From the human T2T-CHM13v2.0 reference genome, Homo sapiens, in the NCBI RefSeq assembly GCF_009914755.1, contig NC_060935.1: a stretch of DNA of 64,000 nt; one strand, written 5' to 3'. Shown piece after piece: positions 39,000-53,089 of the stretch. The translations under genes and the position numbers were made by a program. Within the stretch, counting starts at the first letter, position 1. Every line of letters starts with the position of its first letter. The notes beneath the pieces are model-generated. The model was not told the origin of the DNA, made no database searches, and worked only from the letters and a program-made list of their open reading frames with translations.

Positions 39000-40960
39000 C
39001 AAAGACACCAGTGCCCAGTAGAAAACAGCAGTGGTTGAAATAGTCGGGAATATTCTATGAATGAACACACATTATCTTCTGGTTCTCTTGATTGCTCTAG
39101 TAAGTTACAGTTCTTGATTTCAGAGATTGCAACTAAATTGCCTTGTGGCAAACAAAACGGGACATTTTGACAACAGTTCAGAGAGCTTCTCACATACTAG
39201 TGCTGTTTTTGTTCTATCTTACCAATGATGTTTTCTATACTAAAAAAAAAGGTGATACAATGAATCACAGAAACAATTTGAAGTACTTTGATTTGAAAAC
39301 TAGTTTCAAACTGTTTTCTTAATTTGTATGAACATTTTAATAAAACTGCAGAATAAATAAAACAAAATATGATTAATACCTTGTTTAAATACAAACTAGA
39401 CTTTGCTCATCCATCTACATTTTTGGCAAACAGTACGATTATAAATTTTGGAAGATTTCTTCAGCCTGCAAATTTCTTACCAAAGAAAATGAAAAGGTCT
39501 ACTAAAAGTCCAGCACACCTTATGCCCATGTAGAAGAAGTGTTATGATGTGTTTTCCTGAGAAAGTGATACTTTCATAAAGAAAGTTTATGACTTCTCAG
39601 TTCGCTCAAGATGTGCAGAAGCACTTCGTGAAATTTTTTACTTTATAAAATGGAAAGACAAACTCTCTTTAGATATGGGCCTGCAAGATGGCTATCGTTG
39701 TTACCTGCCAAGGAAAAGATGTTAAATGTTGACCTGCCACTATTTCCAAAGTTTGGAATAAAAGGAACATTCTTCTCTAATATGGAAATACACCAAGGAT
39801 AAAAATGGAGAAAGGGGCCGGGCGCAGTGACTCACGCCTGTAATTCTAGCACTTTGGGAGGCCGAGGCGGGTGGTTCACCTGAGGTCAGGAATTTGAGAC
39901 CATCCTGGCCAACATGGTGAAACCCCATCTCTATTAAAAATACAAAAATTAGCTGGGTGTGGTGGTGGGTGCCTGTAATCTCAGCTACTCAGTAGGCTGA
40001 GGCACGAGAATCGCTTGAACCCAGGAGGCAGAGTTTGCAGTAAGCCGAGATCATGCCACTGCACTCCAGCCTGGGTGACAAGAGTGAGACTTTTTCTCAA
40101 AAAAAAAAAAAAAAAAAAAAAAAAATGGAGAAAGGATTACAGTAAAATAGAAATTTACTTATTGTTTCTCTAAAGCTGTTTGATGATCTTTGAAGAGGTG
40201 GTAAAGAACATGGAAAAGGATGGACTGCCTGGACCTGAGCTATTTAATGTTATATTAAATTGCAACAAAAATTCATACAGTAAAAAATAAACTCACAGTT
40301 TGGAAATAAGATTGCTTTACAAATTAAAAAAAAAAAAAAAAGAAGAAAAGAAAAGAAAAGACAGAAAGTCACCAGAAAAGGGAAGCCAAGTTAAATAGGA
40401 GTTTCTTAGTTTAACTAAAACTATAATTTATTTAAAATTCAGCCCACTTTCACAAACTCAAATTACCTCACTGCCTAAAACCATTTTCCCTGAGAAAGAG
40501 AGGTTTAACTTAGGATGACAACCAGTGTGCTTCGGAGTGCTTTAAAATGATGAACATTTTTAGGTGTGGATTGCCTGTATAGTGAATGTATAGATATTAA
40601 AGGACCTGATTAATAAACAAGTGGTCTATTAAAACATACCTGCAGATATAAAGTGGATTTATTTTTTTTGGAAATCAGGAAACAAGTTCCCATAAGTCTA
40701 AAAGTCCACTGTTGGAGGTAAGTAAAAGTCCTAACTATCCCATGCTCAAATACTTTTTTAGAGAGTATATTTAGCTTGATATCATCACAATAGAAAGACA
40801 CCAGGTATCACTGAAATGTGGACTTTATATAAAAGCAGATCTGTAGGATAAAGTAAATTTTACATGGCTACATTTAGTTTTCCATCACATTAAATAAATG
40901 TAAGGTGTCCTGAAGGCTGCAGGAAGTTTAGAGAAGTATTATTAGAAAAAGAAACAAAAA
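39000..40960 (+). pseudogene. Decayed hAT transposase
   Basis: Hand translation ~39665-39725 LFRYGPARWLSLLPAKEKML (hAT TRW motif); ~40725-40790 KVLTIPCSNTFLESIFSLISSQ (hAT dimerisation domain); many stops and frameshifts; boundaries approximate. Confidence 0.8.
39816..40120 (+). mobile_element. AluS (Sq/Sx-like)
   Basis: Dimer; poly(A); perfect 15-bp TSD aaaaatggagaaagg at 39801-39815 and 40121-40135. Confidence 0.96.
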
Positions 40961-41560
40961 GAATAAAAATATCCTACTGTAATATGGGACAGGTAGAAAC
41001 ACGTCATTGTTATTTTTTTCTTGAATATAGGTCATATCTGTTTTAATTAGTGCTATTGGTCCTATGAGTTCTATTAATAATGTACTTCACAGGACTCTTG
41101 AATGCTCTCATATAAAGAAATATTACATTTTTGTACATTTGTGTAATTTTTGTATGTATTAATGTAGATGATAAAATATAAAATTCTGATACAGAGTTTA
41201 AAAGTGCTAAATTTCTGTACCAAACAACAAAAAGAAACATTATAAAAAAAATTGCTATAGTTTTCTAGGCACAGTATTTGGTTAATTAGTCATACTATTA
41301 ATTACTGCTAATTGCCACTATTATTTTCGTTGCTGTTTTAACAATAGCATTTACGTAATAGGAAAAATGTATGTAAAGAGTAAATACGCAATTTTAGGTG
41401 AACACTTTACTTTTTCATATTTTTATGTGAAAGTAAGAACATACACTATATGTATATAATTATGTGTTTTTTAAATTATCAATATCATTATCATTATGAT
41501 TCATTTTTTGTCGGGTATCACTGTGTCCTTGATTGACTCTCTAAAAAGTTGGTCACAGTA

Positions 41561-41704
41561 CAGAAAAGTCATCTGTGCAGCTTTTAAAAACAAAGATTCT
41601 CAGGCCCCACACCTAGAGTAATGGATGGGTAATAAAGGGTAGGGATTTGTATTTTAAAAAGCACACAAGTAATTCCAATATATAGCCTAGGTTGGGAAGC
41701 ACTG
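41561..41704. mobile_element. MER5A/MER5A1 hAT-Charlie MITE; its left end appears to lie at ~37915-37933
   Basis: agcttttaaaaacaaagattctcaggccccac...ttttaaaaagc...taattccaatatatagcctaggttgggaagcactg. Confidence 0.75.
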
Positions 41705-41944
41705 TGGTATTTCCCTGGAGGTTGAAGAATTGTTAGAGTTTTATTTCAGATTCAGTAAGTTTTTTACTCAAATGACAAAATGGCAGCACTATATATGAAA
41801 TATGAAAATATTAACAATTTGCATTTGACGCCAACTTCCTCAGTGTTAGGGTTTTACCTTTATCTTTGTCTGCTTGGTGACAAGGCAGACAAAGGCTAGA
41901 TATCATCTTTGGTGAGATGTAGCTGGCAGGAGGGAGATGGTGGA

Positions 41945-42135
41945 GGGAGTGGTAGGAACACAGATGGCCAACTGCCTGTACGTAGATCCAGGCTTTACTA
42001 TTCACCAGTAGCAGGGCTGTGGGCAAGTGAATTTTTGTTAACCTTATTTTTCTTAACTATATGATGAAGATAACAGATTGTACTCAAAATGTTACAGTGC
42101 CTGGAACTTTAAAAATGTTCCATAAATATAAACTA
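41945..42135 (+). mobile_element. MIR SINE
   Basis: atccaggctttactattcaccag...gggcaagtg...acagtgcctggaac...cataaata. Confidence 0.65.
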
Positions 42136-43557
42136 AATAAAGGAAAAGGACAATTGGAATTCATTCTCTTTATTGTTCAGATTCCAGTCTCCAGATGGAA
42201 ACCCAGTAGAACTAGGAATTACTTTTTTAGTGGAAAAATGTCTAGATCTGGGATATACAGGGTAGGAAAATAGAAAATATAGCCATCGTATGGCTTCACA
42301 TTTCTCACTTCTTATTTGACCTTGAGCCATCTGAGCCCTGGTTTCAATCACTTTACATTGAAATTTTAATATCTTTTTCACAGGACTCCTCTGAATCAAA
42401 AACAAAAATGAAAAAGATTTGAAAAAAGTGCTAATGAATATTAAAATGCTAGGTAAATAGAAGATAATATTGCCTTCTTCATATGTGAGTTCAAAAGTAT
42501 TGCTTGCATTTGTAACGCTGACATATATGAATTAGAAATTATAAAGCTGAAAATATGGACTGAAAATAAAGTTTTGCTAGAGCTTGGATAGTTTTATAAA
42601 TTTGTTTTACTTTTTATACAGTGTTTACACTTAGAAAAGAATAAGGGTTGTGATTCTCATATTATTGATAATGCTTGATGTAGTCTGATGGAAAAAGAAA
42701 GAATTCTGTCAATCTCCTGAGATCTATGATGTTTTTCTTTCACGTTGTAATTCCTGTTTTCCTTCTGTATTTGACTGATAATGTACATTGTACCTTGTAC
42801 CTCGATAACTATTCCATGCTGACTGAACACTAATGAATCAAGATTGTGAACAGGAACTCACAAATTAGAGAACTATCATTTAAGCTCATTCAAATTTCTA
42901 AACTTGACGGCAAATGCTCACAACTGGGTGAGCAGTGAAACAGTCCAAATGTTACACTACTAGAAAGATAATTAAGCTGAGAATCAAAATTTTAGGATAT
43001 TTCTCCCAAACACTCACAGGTCCTTAATTCTGGAGCCCAAGGGAGAAACAGTGGCTAGCAGCAGATGTCTTCTTATAAGGGTTGGCAGCCTATTTTCTAA
43101 GCCTTACAAAGGTTGAACACTATAATCAAAATGCCTAATGTATCATCGAAAAGCATTTTTTGACCATAGAGTTGACGTTTCTTTACTAAGAAATCTACTA
43201 AGGACCTCAGTAAAAGTCCAATTGTAAGTCTAGTTGTGCCACAGCAGAACAGAATCATGCTAGAGAAATGCAACACTCTCCCAAATCTTTGACACATTAT
43301 ATAAGTGGTCTTGGGCTAAAAGCTTTATAGGTTTAAAATCTTTTAATACTGTAGAATTATGGAAGAGAAAAAATATTATTATTTTGTAAAATAAAGTTCT
43401 TCTGGAAGCCAGCTCCACATAGATGAGATATTTTTATTACATACCTGTTAAATTTCTATAATTGGTGGGTTTTGATGAAGAAGCAGCTTAACCTCCATGA
43501 CAACATTTACTGCGTTTTGCCTCAGAGGAATTGCTACCATTTTTTCCCAAAGTAAAT

Positions 43558-43562
<5 letters not shown>

Positions 43563-43594
<32 letters not shown>
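43563..43594 (+). repeat. (TG)16 microsatellite
   Basis: Direct count. Confidence 0.97.
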
Positions 43595-43598
<4 letters not shown>

Positions 43599-43842
43599 CC
43601 ACATCTGTACTTTTCACAATAAACCTGCATGAGAGATATAATTACCTTTAGAATACAGATAAGAAAACCAATATTCAGGTCGTGTGACTATGTGACTTAT
43701 TCCAGTGCAAATGCAAGTAATATGTGATTAAAACAGAAGTTAAATTCAAGTCTATGTGAACCTCTGGCTAAAATGGTGGCATATAGGCAGTTTTACTTTA
43801 TTCTCCATCAGAACTCTCCAGGAACGTAAAAGTAATAAAATA

Positions 43843-44147
43843 GAACAGATGCAGTGGCTCACACCTATAATCCCAACACTTTGGTAGGCCAAGCAGGGAG
43901 GATTGCTTGAGGCTAGGAGTTCCAGACTAGCCTAGGCAATATATGGAGACCCTGTGTGTACAAAGAATTTAAAAATTAGCTGGACATGGTAGCACTGTAG
44001 TCCCAGCTTCCAGGGAGGCAGAGCCAGGAAGATGGCTTGAACCTAGGAGTTTGAGGCTGAAATGCACTATGATTGCACTACTGCACTCCAGCCTGGGCAA
44101 AAGAGCAAGACCTTATCTCAAAAACAAACAAACAAATAAACAAAAAC
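43843..44147 (+). mobile_element. AluJ
   Basis: J motifs gggaggattgcttgaggctaggagtt and ggagtttgaggctg...ctatgattgcac; highly diverged. Confidence 0.9.
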
Positions 44148-45279
44148 ACCAAAAGGATGAAATACAGAGGAAAATATAGCAACACTATTTTGAATCAAAC
44201 AAAGAAACGATACGAATGTCAAATCAAACATAAAAAGCATTACGTGTCAGATGTCTTGAAATTTGGGCCAATAAGAGGGGGCATCAAGCCCTGAAGCATA
44301 CCTTCTCAGAACTTGAGCAAGATATAGTTTTTTACATAATAGGTGCTGTGGTCCTAAAATGCCCATTCAAAAATTATCCGATCAAAGTGGTGAGCTCTAG
44401 AGACACGGATGGACCACAGGAAAAGACAAACAATGCATCTATAGAGACCAAATTTCATCTAGAATGTCAGGGAGGTAAAGCTGACGGAGGAGGGCAGTGC
44501 CAAGCCTTTTTCTGTGGACAATCTAGCCTCCTGACTGAGGGAAATGTGGAGGGGAGGCACAGCCACCGTTAAGATGGCAGCTTACCAGGTTGTTCAGGGA
44601 GTTGGTTTATGTATGAGGTGAATACTTGCATATGGTCTAGAGTTTGTTGTTGTTGTTTTGAGTCACTTTTGGCCTATAGGACTCCTCCTTGCAGACAAGT
44701 GTAGGTATAAACACTACGATTCTCCGGAACTTAGGAGCATTGATGTATGTCTGAGAAACAGATGGTTTTACTCTCAGTCCCTTTGCTAGCACACTTTAGG
44801 CTTCACGGACATAAGGAATGAGTGCCCAGCACTAGAGCCACACCCGATACTTAACTGGTATTGAACAAGCATTTGTAAAACTAAACTGAAAACAAATAAC
44901 AGAACTCTGCCATTTTAACTGAGAATCCTCAGTGATGAAACTGTGAGTTGGCAGTGACTATCAATTATACCTTTTTGGAAAGTTAATACTTATTAGCATT
45001 AAACTGGCCCATCATGAGTACTTAATTTACATATTAATGACTGAATAAGGACACTTTGGAAATGCTTAGACATTGTTTTACTCTGATTTCATTTTAACTT
45101 TGTTGGATCCTTTCACACTGTACTAAGAATGTCTTTTTTTCTCTTATTTAAATGATTTTTATCATGAGCAAGGTAAACAGAATCAGTGGACTCTAAGCAC
45201 TAACTGCTTAGCCAAGAGTTATGAAAATGACCAGAGCATATATACACTTGTTAGTGATGGGGTGAGTAGTTACTCTGAA

Positions 45280-45460
45280 CCTACTACTTGCTGATATAAT
45301 CTCATTTATTCCTCAAAACAACCTTGCATTGTCAGGCTTATTTATCTATCTTAAAAACTGAAAAACTCAGATGCCGAGTGGCTTGTTTGAGCTCACGTAG
45401 TTAGTAAACGGCAGTGTTGAGAATGCTTGGATCACTGAATTCAAAGCTGAGTTCCATACA
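45280..45460 (-). mobile_element. MIR SINE
   Basis: atctcatttattcctcaaaacaacctt...gtggcttgtttgagctcacgtagttagtaa. Confidence 0.65.
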
Positions 45461-46574
45461 GGTTAGTGCTTTCCACAGTGAGTTACCTATAAAACGATAG
45501 CTACATTTGAATTAATTAAAATGTGGGATGAAGTCAGAAAATAAATATAAAAAGTGTAGCAATTACGTTCATTCCTCATGGGTCATTTCCCAAAGAAGAA
45601 AATGTCATGAAATTATTTTAAAGCAGAGATCAATAAAATAAGACATCGAAAAAGAAATACTCTTCTGAGATTTTATGTTGCAATCACATTAACATTCTCC
45701 CATGAAGAGGAATAAGGAAGATAACAGCTATATCTATTTAAGATATCTATATATTTTTTAGATATAGGTATCTATATCTATATCTAAAAAATTATGTAGT
45801 ATCCACAAATAATGAAATTGCTTAATAAATCTCCACATTTAATTATCTTTCTACATTGTAGTCAATTTTCATCTTTGAACTATATTTCATGAAGCATATA
45901 AACATTCGACTTCATCTGAAAGGTCTCTTAAATTAAGCACCAATATCTTGACTCTCTCTGAAGACTTAAATACCACAATTTAAAAAGAGAAATACACTAA
46001 TACGAAATAGACTTTCTTTGCATAGTCAATGAATCATGCTGGAAAAGTAAACAATGCATTTTGATACTTTTTACCTCAAATATGACTTCAGTCATGGCAG
46101 TGACAGGATAGACAGGACATTTCAGTACAATTCCAGATGAGCAGCACCACCCCTTTCCAAATATTCACCTCTAATAGTCATTTTTATTATCCAATCTGAC
46201 AGCACAGGCCCACGAAGTTCTGAAATTTCTTATTCACAGCTAGTTTAATCTGACCTTTGATATAACTGAATGAGCTGTATAACAATATTGAACAACAAGA
46301 AAAATCAACCAAAAGCAAAGAGACCTAAAGTTTATTTAAACCGTATGTCTTTTCTGTTGATAAATGGTTTGTTTCCATATGGCCCTATTAATCATTTATT
46401 GATTCATGTAGAAAATATCTATTGAATGTCTAGGGCATTCAGACACTAGAAAAACAATAAAAACACAAGTTGCTTCCCTTCATTAAGCATACAGTTGTAA
46501 TGGAAAAATAATTGTCAAATACTAATTTTTATCCTGATCATTTCTTCCCCTTTTCATCACCATCCTCAATGTAA

Positions 46575-47290
<716 letters not shown>

Positions 47291-48353
47291 TCTGGGTTAC
47301 TGAAAGATTACAATATGACAAGCCATCTTCAGAAAGAAGTAAAGATCAGGGAGGAAACACCTTTCTCTGGGGCCATATTCTGTAAAACACGTTATTCTTT
47401 AGTGGCTGATAAGCAATTTTAAGTATCTTAGCAAGAAACAAGACAGGAGGATCTTTTTAGCTTTTCCTAACTCTAATCTGTGAATACTGCCTCTGACAGA
47501 CAAGGCAAAGAAAACTGGACTTTTAGGATGAGAATGTATTCCTTGATTTAGAGATTAAAGTTTAGGCTCTGTATAGACTGTTCCCAACCCATGTTTTTTA
47601 TATGTTATTTGTGAAATATGCTTTTCTTCTTAGTCCTAAGTAATAAAAGATAGTCCTAGTGTCATACTGGCCCTGACATGTTCTTTCCCAATTGCCATTC
47701 AAGCTACCCCAACATGTATTGGCTGATACTCACCATGTGTTAGGTAGAGTGCTAGACACTGGGTATAGAAGAATGAATCAGAGAAAACCTCCACCTCTAA
47801 GGGGCACATGCATTCTGCTGGCAGAGGTGGAGCCTTTGGCATCACCACTGCTTTGGTTACAAAGCATTGTGAAAATATCAAGGCCTAGAAATTAAACTTA
47901 AGCATGTGTACTCTTAAACAAGTCACTTGACTTCTCTTAGCTTTAGTTTCATCATTCACCAAAGGCTATGTGAGGATTTTATGATCAGTTTTACATAGCG
48001 ATCCTAGTTTACTGGTTGCACATCATAAGTACTCAAGCAGAGGTAGCTATTTTTCAAATGGATGAGAAGTGTTTCATAGTATTTCTATGACTTCAGACTC
48101 CTATGCAGAGCCAGCCTACACATGGATAATTAACTCAGAAATGCTCAGTTTGGAAGCAAATTAAGGCTGAGGTAGGGCTATGGCAGTGGTGGGAGTCAGG
48201 AAGTAAACAGAAAGAGTACATGTCAATACAAATTCTAGATCAACTTTTGTGTTTTTGGAGAATGGCTTTATTTTCAACTTTTTAATGGTCTTTTAATATT
48301 TATGAAGGTTAGTAAGCAAATCAATTGATCTTAGCCATTATGACAGAGCCAAG

Positions 48354-50610
48354 TGATATGGTTTGGCTGTGTCCCCACACAAATCTCATCTTGAATTGTA
48401 GCTCCCATAATCCCCACATGTGGTGGGAAAGACTCGGTGGGAGGGAATGAAATCATGGGGGTGGGTTTTCCTGTGCTGTTCTCATGATGGTGAGTGGGTC
48501 TCAAGAGATCTGATGGTTTTATAAAGGGGAGTTCCCCTCCACAGGCTCTCTTGCCTGCCACCATGAAAGATGTTTCTTGCTTCCCCTTTGCCTTCCGCCA
48601 TGATTGTGAGGCTTCCCCAGCCATGTGGAACTGTGAGTCCACTAAACCCCCTTTCCTGTATAAATTACGGTCTCAGGTATATCTGTATTAGCAGCATGAT
48701 AAAAGACTAATATAGTACATTGGTACTGGGTAGCAGGGTGCTGCTATAAAGATACCCAAAAATGTGCAAGTGACTTTGGAAATGGGTAACAGGCAGAGGT
48801 TGGAACAATTTGGAGGGCTCAGAAAAAGACAGGAAAATGTGGGAAAGTTTGGAACTTCCTAGAGACTTGTTGAATGGTTTTGACCAAAATGCTGATAGTG
48901 ATATGAACAATAAATTTCAGGCTGAGTTGGTATTAGAAAGAGATGAGGAACTTTTGGGGAACTGGAGTAAAAGTCACTGTTGCTATGCAAAGAGACTGGT
49001 GGCATTTTGCCCCTACCCTAGAGATCTGTGGAACTTTGAACTTGAAAGAGATAATTTAGGGTATCTAGTGGAAGACATTTCTAAGCAGCAAAGCATTCAA
49101 GAAGAAGCAGAGCATAAAAGTTTGGAAAATTTACAGACTGAGATGCAATAGAAAAGAAAACCTTATTTTCTGAGGAAAATTCAAGCAGGCTGCAGTAATT
49201 TGCATAATTAAAGAGGAGCCAAATGTTAATCACCAAGACAAAGGGGAAAATGTCTCCAGAGCATGCCAGAGACCATGGCAGCCCCTCCCTTTGCAGACCT
49301 GGAAGCCTAGGAGGAGAAAATGGTTTCCTGGGCCAGGTCCAGGCCCCACCCTGCTCTATGCAGCTTTGGGACATGGTGCCCTACATCCCAGTTGCTTCAG
49401 CTCCAGCCGTGGCTAAGAGTCCAACATACAGCTCAGGCTGTTTCTTCAGAGGGTGTAAGCCTCAAGCCTTGGCAGTTTACACATGGTGTTGGGTCTGTGA
49501 GTTTACAGAAGTCAAGAACTGAGGTTTGGTAACCTCCACCTAGATTTCAGAGGATATATGGAAATGCCTGGATGTCCAGGCAGACGTTTGCTGCAGGGGT
49601 GGGGCCCTCATGGAGAACTTCTGCTAGGCCAGTGTGGAAGGCAAATGTGGGGTTGGAGCCCCCACACAGAGTCCCCACTGGAGTATTGTCTAATGGAGCT
49701 GTGAGAAGAGGGTCACCATCCTGAAGACCCCAGAATTGTAGATCCACCAATAGCTTACACCATGAACATGGAAAAGCCATAGACACTCAACACCAGACTG
49801 TGAAAGCAGCCAGGAAGGGGGCTGTACCCTGCAAAGCCACAGGGGCAGAGCTGCTCAAGACCATGGGAGCCTAACTCTTGCATCAGCATGACATGGATAT
49901 GAGACATGGAGTCAAAGGAGATCATTTTGGAACTTTAAGATTTAATGATTGCCCTACTGGATTTTGGACTTGCATGGGGCCTGTAGCCCTTTGTATTGGC
50001 CAATTTCTTCTATTTGGAATAGATGTATTTGCCTAATGCCTGTACCACCATTGTATCTAGGAAGTAACTGACTTGCTTTTGATTTTGCAGGCTGATAGGC
50101 AGAAGGGACTTGTCTTGTGTCAGAAGACACCCTGGACTTGGATTTCTGAGTTAATGCAGGAGTGAGTTAAGACTGGGGGACTGTTGGGATGGCATAATTG
50201 GTTTTGAAAGTGAGGACATGAGATTTGGGAGGGGCCATGGGTGAAATGATATGGTTTGGCTCTGTGTCCCCACCCAAATCTTATCTTGAATTGTACCTCT
50301 CATAATTCCCATGTGTCATGGGAGGGACTGGGTGGGAGGTAATTGAATCATGGAGGCAGGTTTCCCCATGCTGTTATCATGACATTGAGTAAATCTCCCA
50401 ACATCTCAAGGTTATATAAAGGGGAGTTCCCCTGCACACACTCTCTTGCCTGCCACTATGTAAGATATTTCTTGCTTCCCCTTTGCCTTCCTCCATGATT
50501 GTGAGGCCTCTGCTGTCATATGGAACTGTGAGTCAATTAAACCTCTTTCCTTTACAAATTACTCAGTTGCAGGTATGTCTTTATTAGCAGTGTCAGAACA
50601 GACTAATACT
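48354..50610 (+). mobile_element. Complete THE1 (C/D-like) MaLR retroposon: LTR 48354-48714, internal 48715-50246, LTR 50247-50610
   Basis: Two direct LTRs starting tgatatggtttggct; THE1 internal region with ORF remnant EGSEKDRKMWESLELPRDLLNGFDQN; purine tract before the 3' LTR; perfect TSD ccaag at 48349-48353 and 50611-50615. Confidence 0.96.
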
Positions 50611-52034
50611 CCAAGTGTCAAGTCAACCATTTTAAAATCCAACCACTCTTTGTATACAAACACAATACAGGTAGCATATCCCTCTGCTTCTAGCTACTTT
50701 ACTTGAATTTTATTGAGAAATATCCTTCAGTAAGAAAAGGAAGGAAAGTAAAATTATATGCACAACATATCTTGGTGCAATGGTGCTCTTTTCACTTGAC
50801 ATCAGACATATCTTGAGGCATGTGGGGTACCCACTCTTCTAGATTAGGTGTTTAGGTTTCTCTCCTTTCCAGTGCAGAGAACTTGGGGAAGAGGAAATTT
50901 TTTAGCTCCACGCCTAGGCGCAACTCTGAGTGCTTGGTGGCCACCCACTGAACACCCTCACCCAGAGAATTGGTGCTTGTACTTGCCATCAGGGGACCTG
51001 TTAAGCCAGCCTGCCCTGTCTGTCACACCCATCTTGGTTCTCCCCCTGGGACTGAGCAGGGAGCTCAGACCACTGTGCACTCTATGGATCTGCCCAATGC
51101 CTGAGGCAACAGGGAGCTTCTCCCAGTAAATAATGATCAGGTGTATACCCGTCCACATTGGCCACAGCCTACTCTTACCCATAACAACCTGGAGACTGAA
51201 TGGTGCAACACGACAGGAAATCCGCTGATATAAGCACACAGCTCTGGGGAATGAGACAAACTTCCTGAGACCACTGACACTTCAGCCCCACAGGAGGCAA
51301 TGAGCCTCCTCCCATGCCCAGTACATTGCTACTACAACCAGCATTTGGGAAAGCCACCACAAAAAGGCTATCTATAACCAAGGAACTTATACAGACTCTT
51401 TGACATTGAAAATGCCTAGAACTGGAGATCTAAACCTTGGCACGGTCCACCCCTAAGGGAAGGGGGAGCACAGCCCACAAAAGCCTCCCTTAGGTCAAAG
51501 GAAAACAAGCACAGAACCATGTGCTGAAGGCAGTACCACCAAAGCCCAGAAACAGATGTGGAGAGGGGTTCATCTCCCACCTCCCTACTCCCTGCCTCAG
51601 TGCAATGTTGCGGACTCGGCAATGGCTCTTCCTCTCAGGGTCTGAGGAGTGTGAAATGGAAAAGGTCACTTCCTGGGCTTCTAGAGCAGCTCCATCCCCA
51701 CTGAAGGCAAATGTGCAGGGAGAAGGCCCTTTTCACACATCTCCTTTGCTTCTTCCCCCACCCCTAACCACTTTTATTCTTAAGTACCACCTTCTGGAAT
51801 GCAGCCTGAATTACACCATCAAACAAAATTCCTACTACAAGCAACGTCTCAGAAAGCCACTGAATAAAACTATTTGCAACCAAGGAATACTTATAAAGCC
51901 TTACAGAGCATCCTGAAGCAAAGCCAATTGATTTTACAAAGTATGTTCAACAGTCATACTCCTAAGGAAAAAAATAATAAAATATGAAGCTGCATCCAAA
52001 TGATAGCAAATTCAAAAAAAGACAGCTTTCTCAT

Positions 52035-53010
52035 ATGAGATGAAACCAGTGCAAGAACTCTGACAACACAGAAAGCCAGCGTGTTTCATCACCTCCAAAG
52101 GATCCCACTGTCTCCCAAGCAATAAATCCTAACCAGAATAAAATGTTCAAAATTACAGATGTAGAATTCAGAATGTGGATAGCAAAGAAACTCAACGAAA
52201 TCCAAGAGAAAGTGGAAATCCAACATGAAGAAGCCAGCAAAATGATCCAAGATTTGAAAGACGACATAGCTATATTAAGAAAGAACCAAACAGAATTTCT
52301 GGAATTAAAAAACTTACTACAGGAATTTCAAAACACAATTGGAAGCCTTAACAACAGACTAGACCAAGAAAAAGAAAAATTTTAAAACTCAAAGACTAGT
52401 CCTTCAAATCAATGTAGTCAGATAAAAATAAAAATAAACAATTTAAATGAACAAAGCCTTTGAGAAATATGAGATTATGTAAAGCAGTTCAAATGTATGA
52501 CTTATTGGCATGCCTGAGTCAGAAGGAGAGAAAGTAAGCAACTTGAAAAACATATTTGAGGATATAATTCTGAAAAATTTCCCCAATCTTGTTAAATAGG
52601 TCAACATGAAGAGATAGGAAATCAAGAGAACTCCTGCGAGATACTATACAAGAGGATCTTCCCCAAAGCATAGTCATCAGACTCTCCAAGGTCAACACAA
52701 AAGAAAAACATCTTATACGCAGCTAGAGAAAAGGGTCATATTACTTATAAAGAAAAACCTATCAGATGAGCAGTGGATCTCTTAGAAGAAACCTAAATGC
52801 CAGAAGAGACTGGGGGCTCGTTTTTAGCATTGTTAAAAAAAATGCCAGCCAAGAATTTTATATCTGACAAAAACTAAGCTTCATATATGAAAGAGAATTA
52901 TAGTCTTTCCCAGAAAAACAATTGCTTAAGGAATTTGTCACTACCAGATTGGTCCTACAAGAGATGCTTAAAGGAGTTCTAAACATGGAAGTGAAGTAAT
53001 GATACTTGCA
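52035..53010 (+). pseudogene. L1 ORF1 remnant
   Basis: EFRMWIAKKLNEIQEKVE...LELKNLLQEFQNTIGSLNNRLDQ coiled coil; frame disrupted. Confidence 0.88.
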
Positions 53011-53089
53011 AAAGGACATGCAATGCATAACCCATGGACCCTGTAAAGCAACTACACAATCAGGACTATAAAATAACCCACTAACACTA

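Larger units (their letters stand above)
37934..41556 (+). mobile_element. Near full-length hAT BlackJack-type DNA transposon
   Basis: Termini tagggtaaccaa and ttggtcac; ~3.0 kb after removing two Alus; decayed hAT transposase inside; 8-bp TSD remnant tcacagtg/tcacagta. Confidence 0.8.

Noticed and set aside
48810-49151. 113-aa ORF as a functional gene
   Set aside because: Standard THE1 internal ORF remnant, truncated and frameshifted.
48354-50610. Chimeric THE1, suggested by divergent LTRs (roughly 20% over the first ~175 bp by hand count)
   Set aside because: The perfect TSD and shared variants indicate a single insertion, and the divergence is compatible with the family's age.
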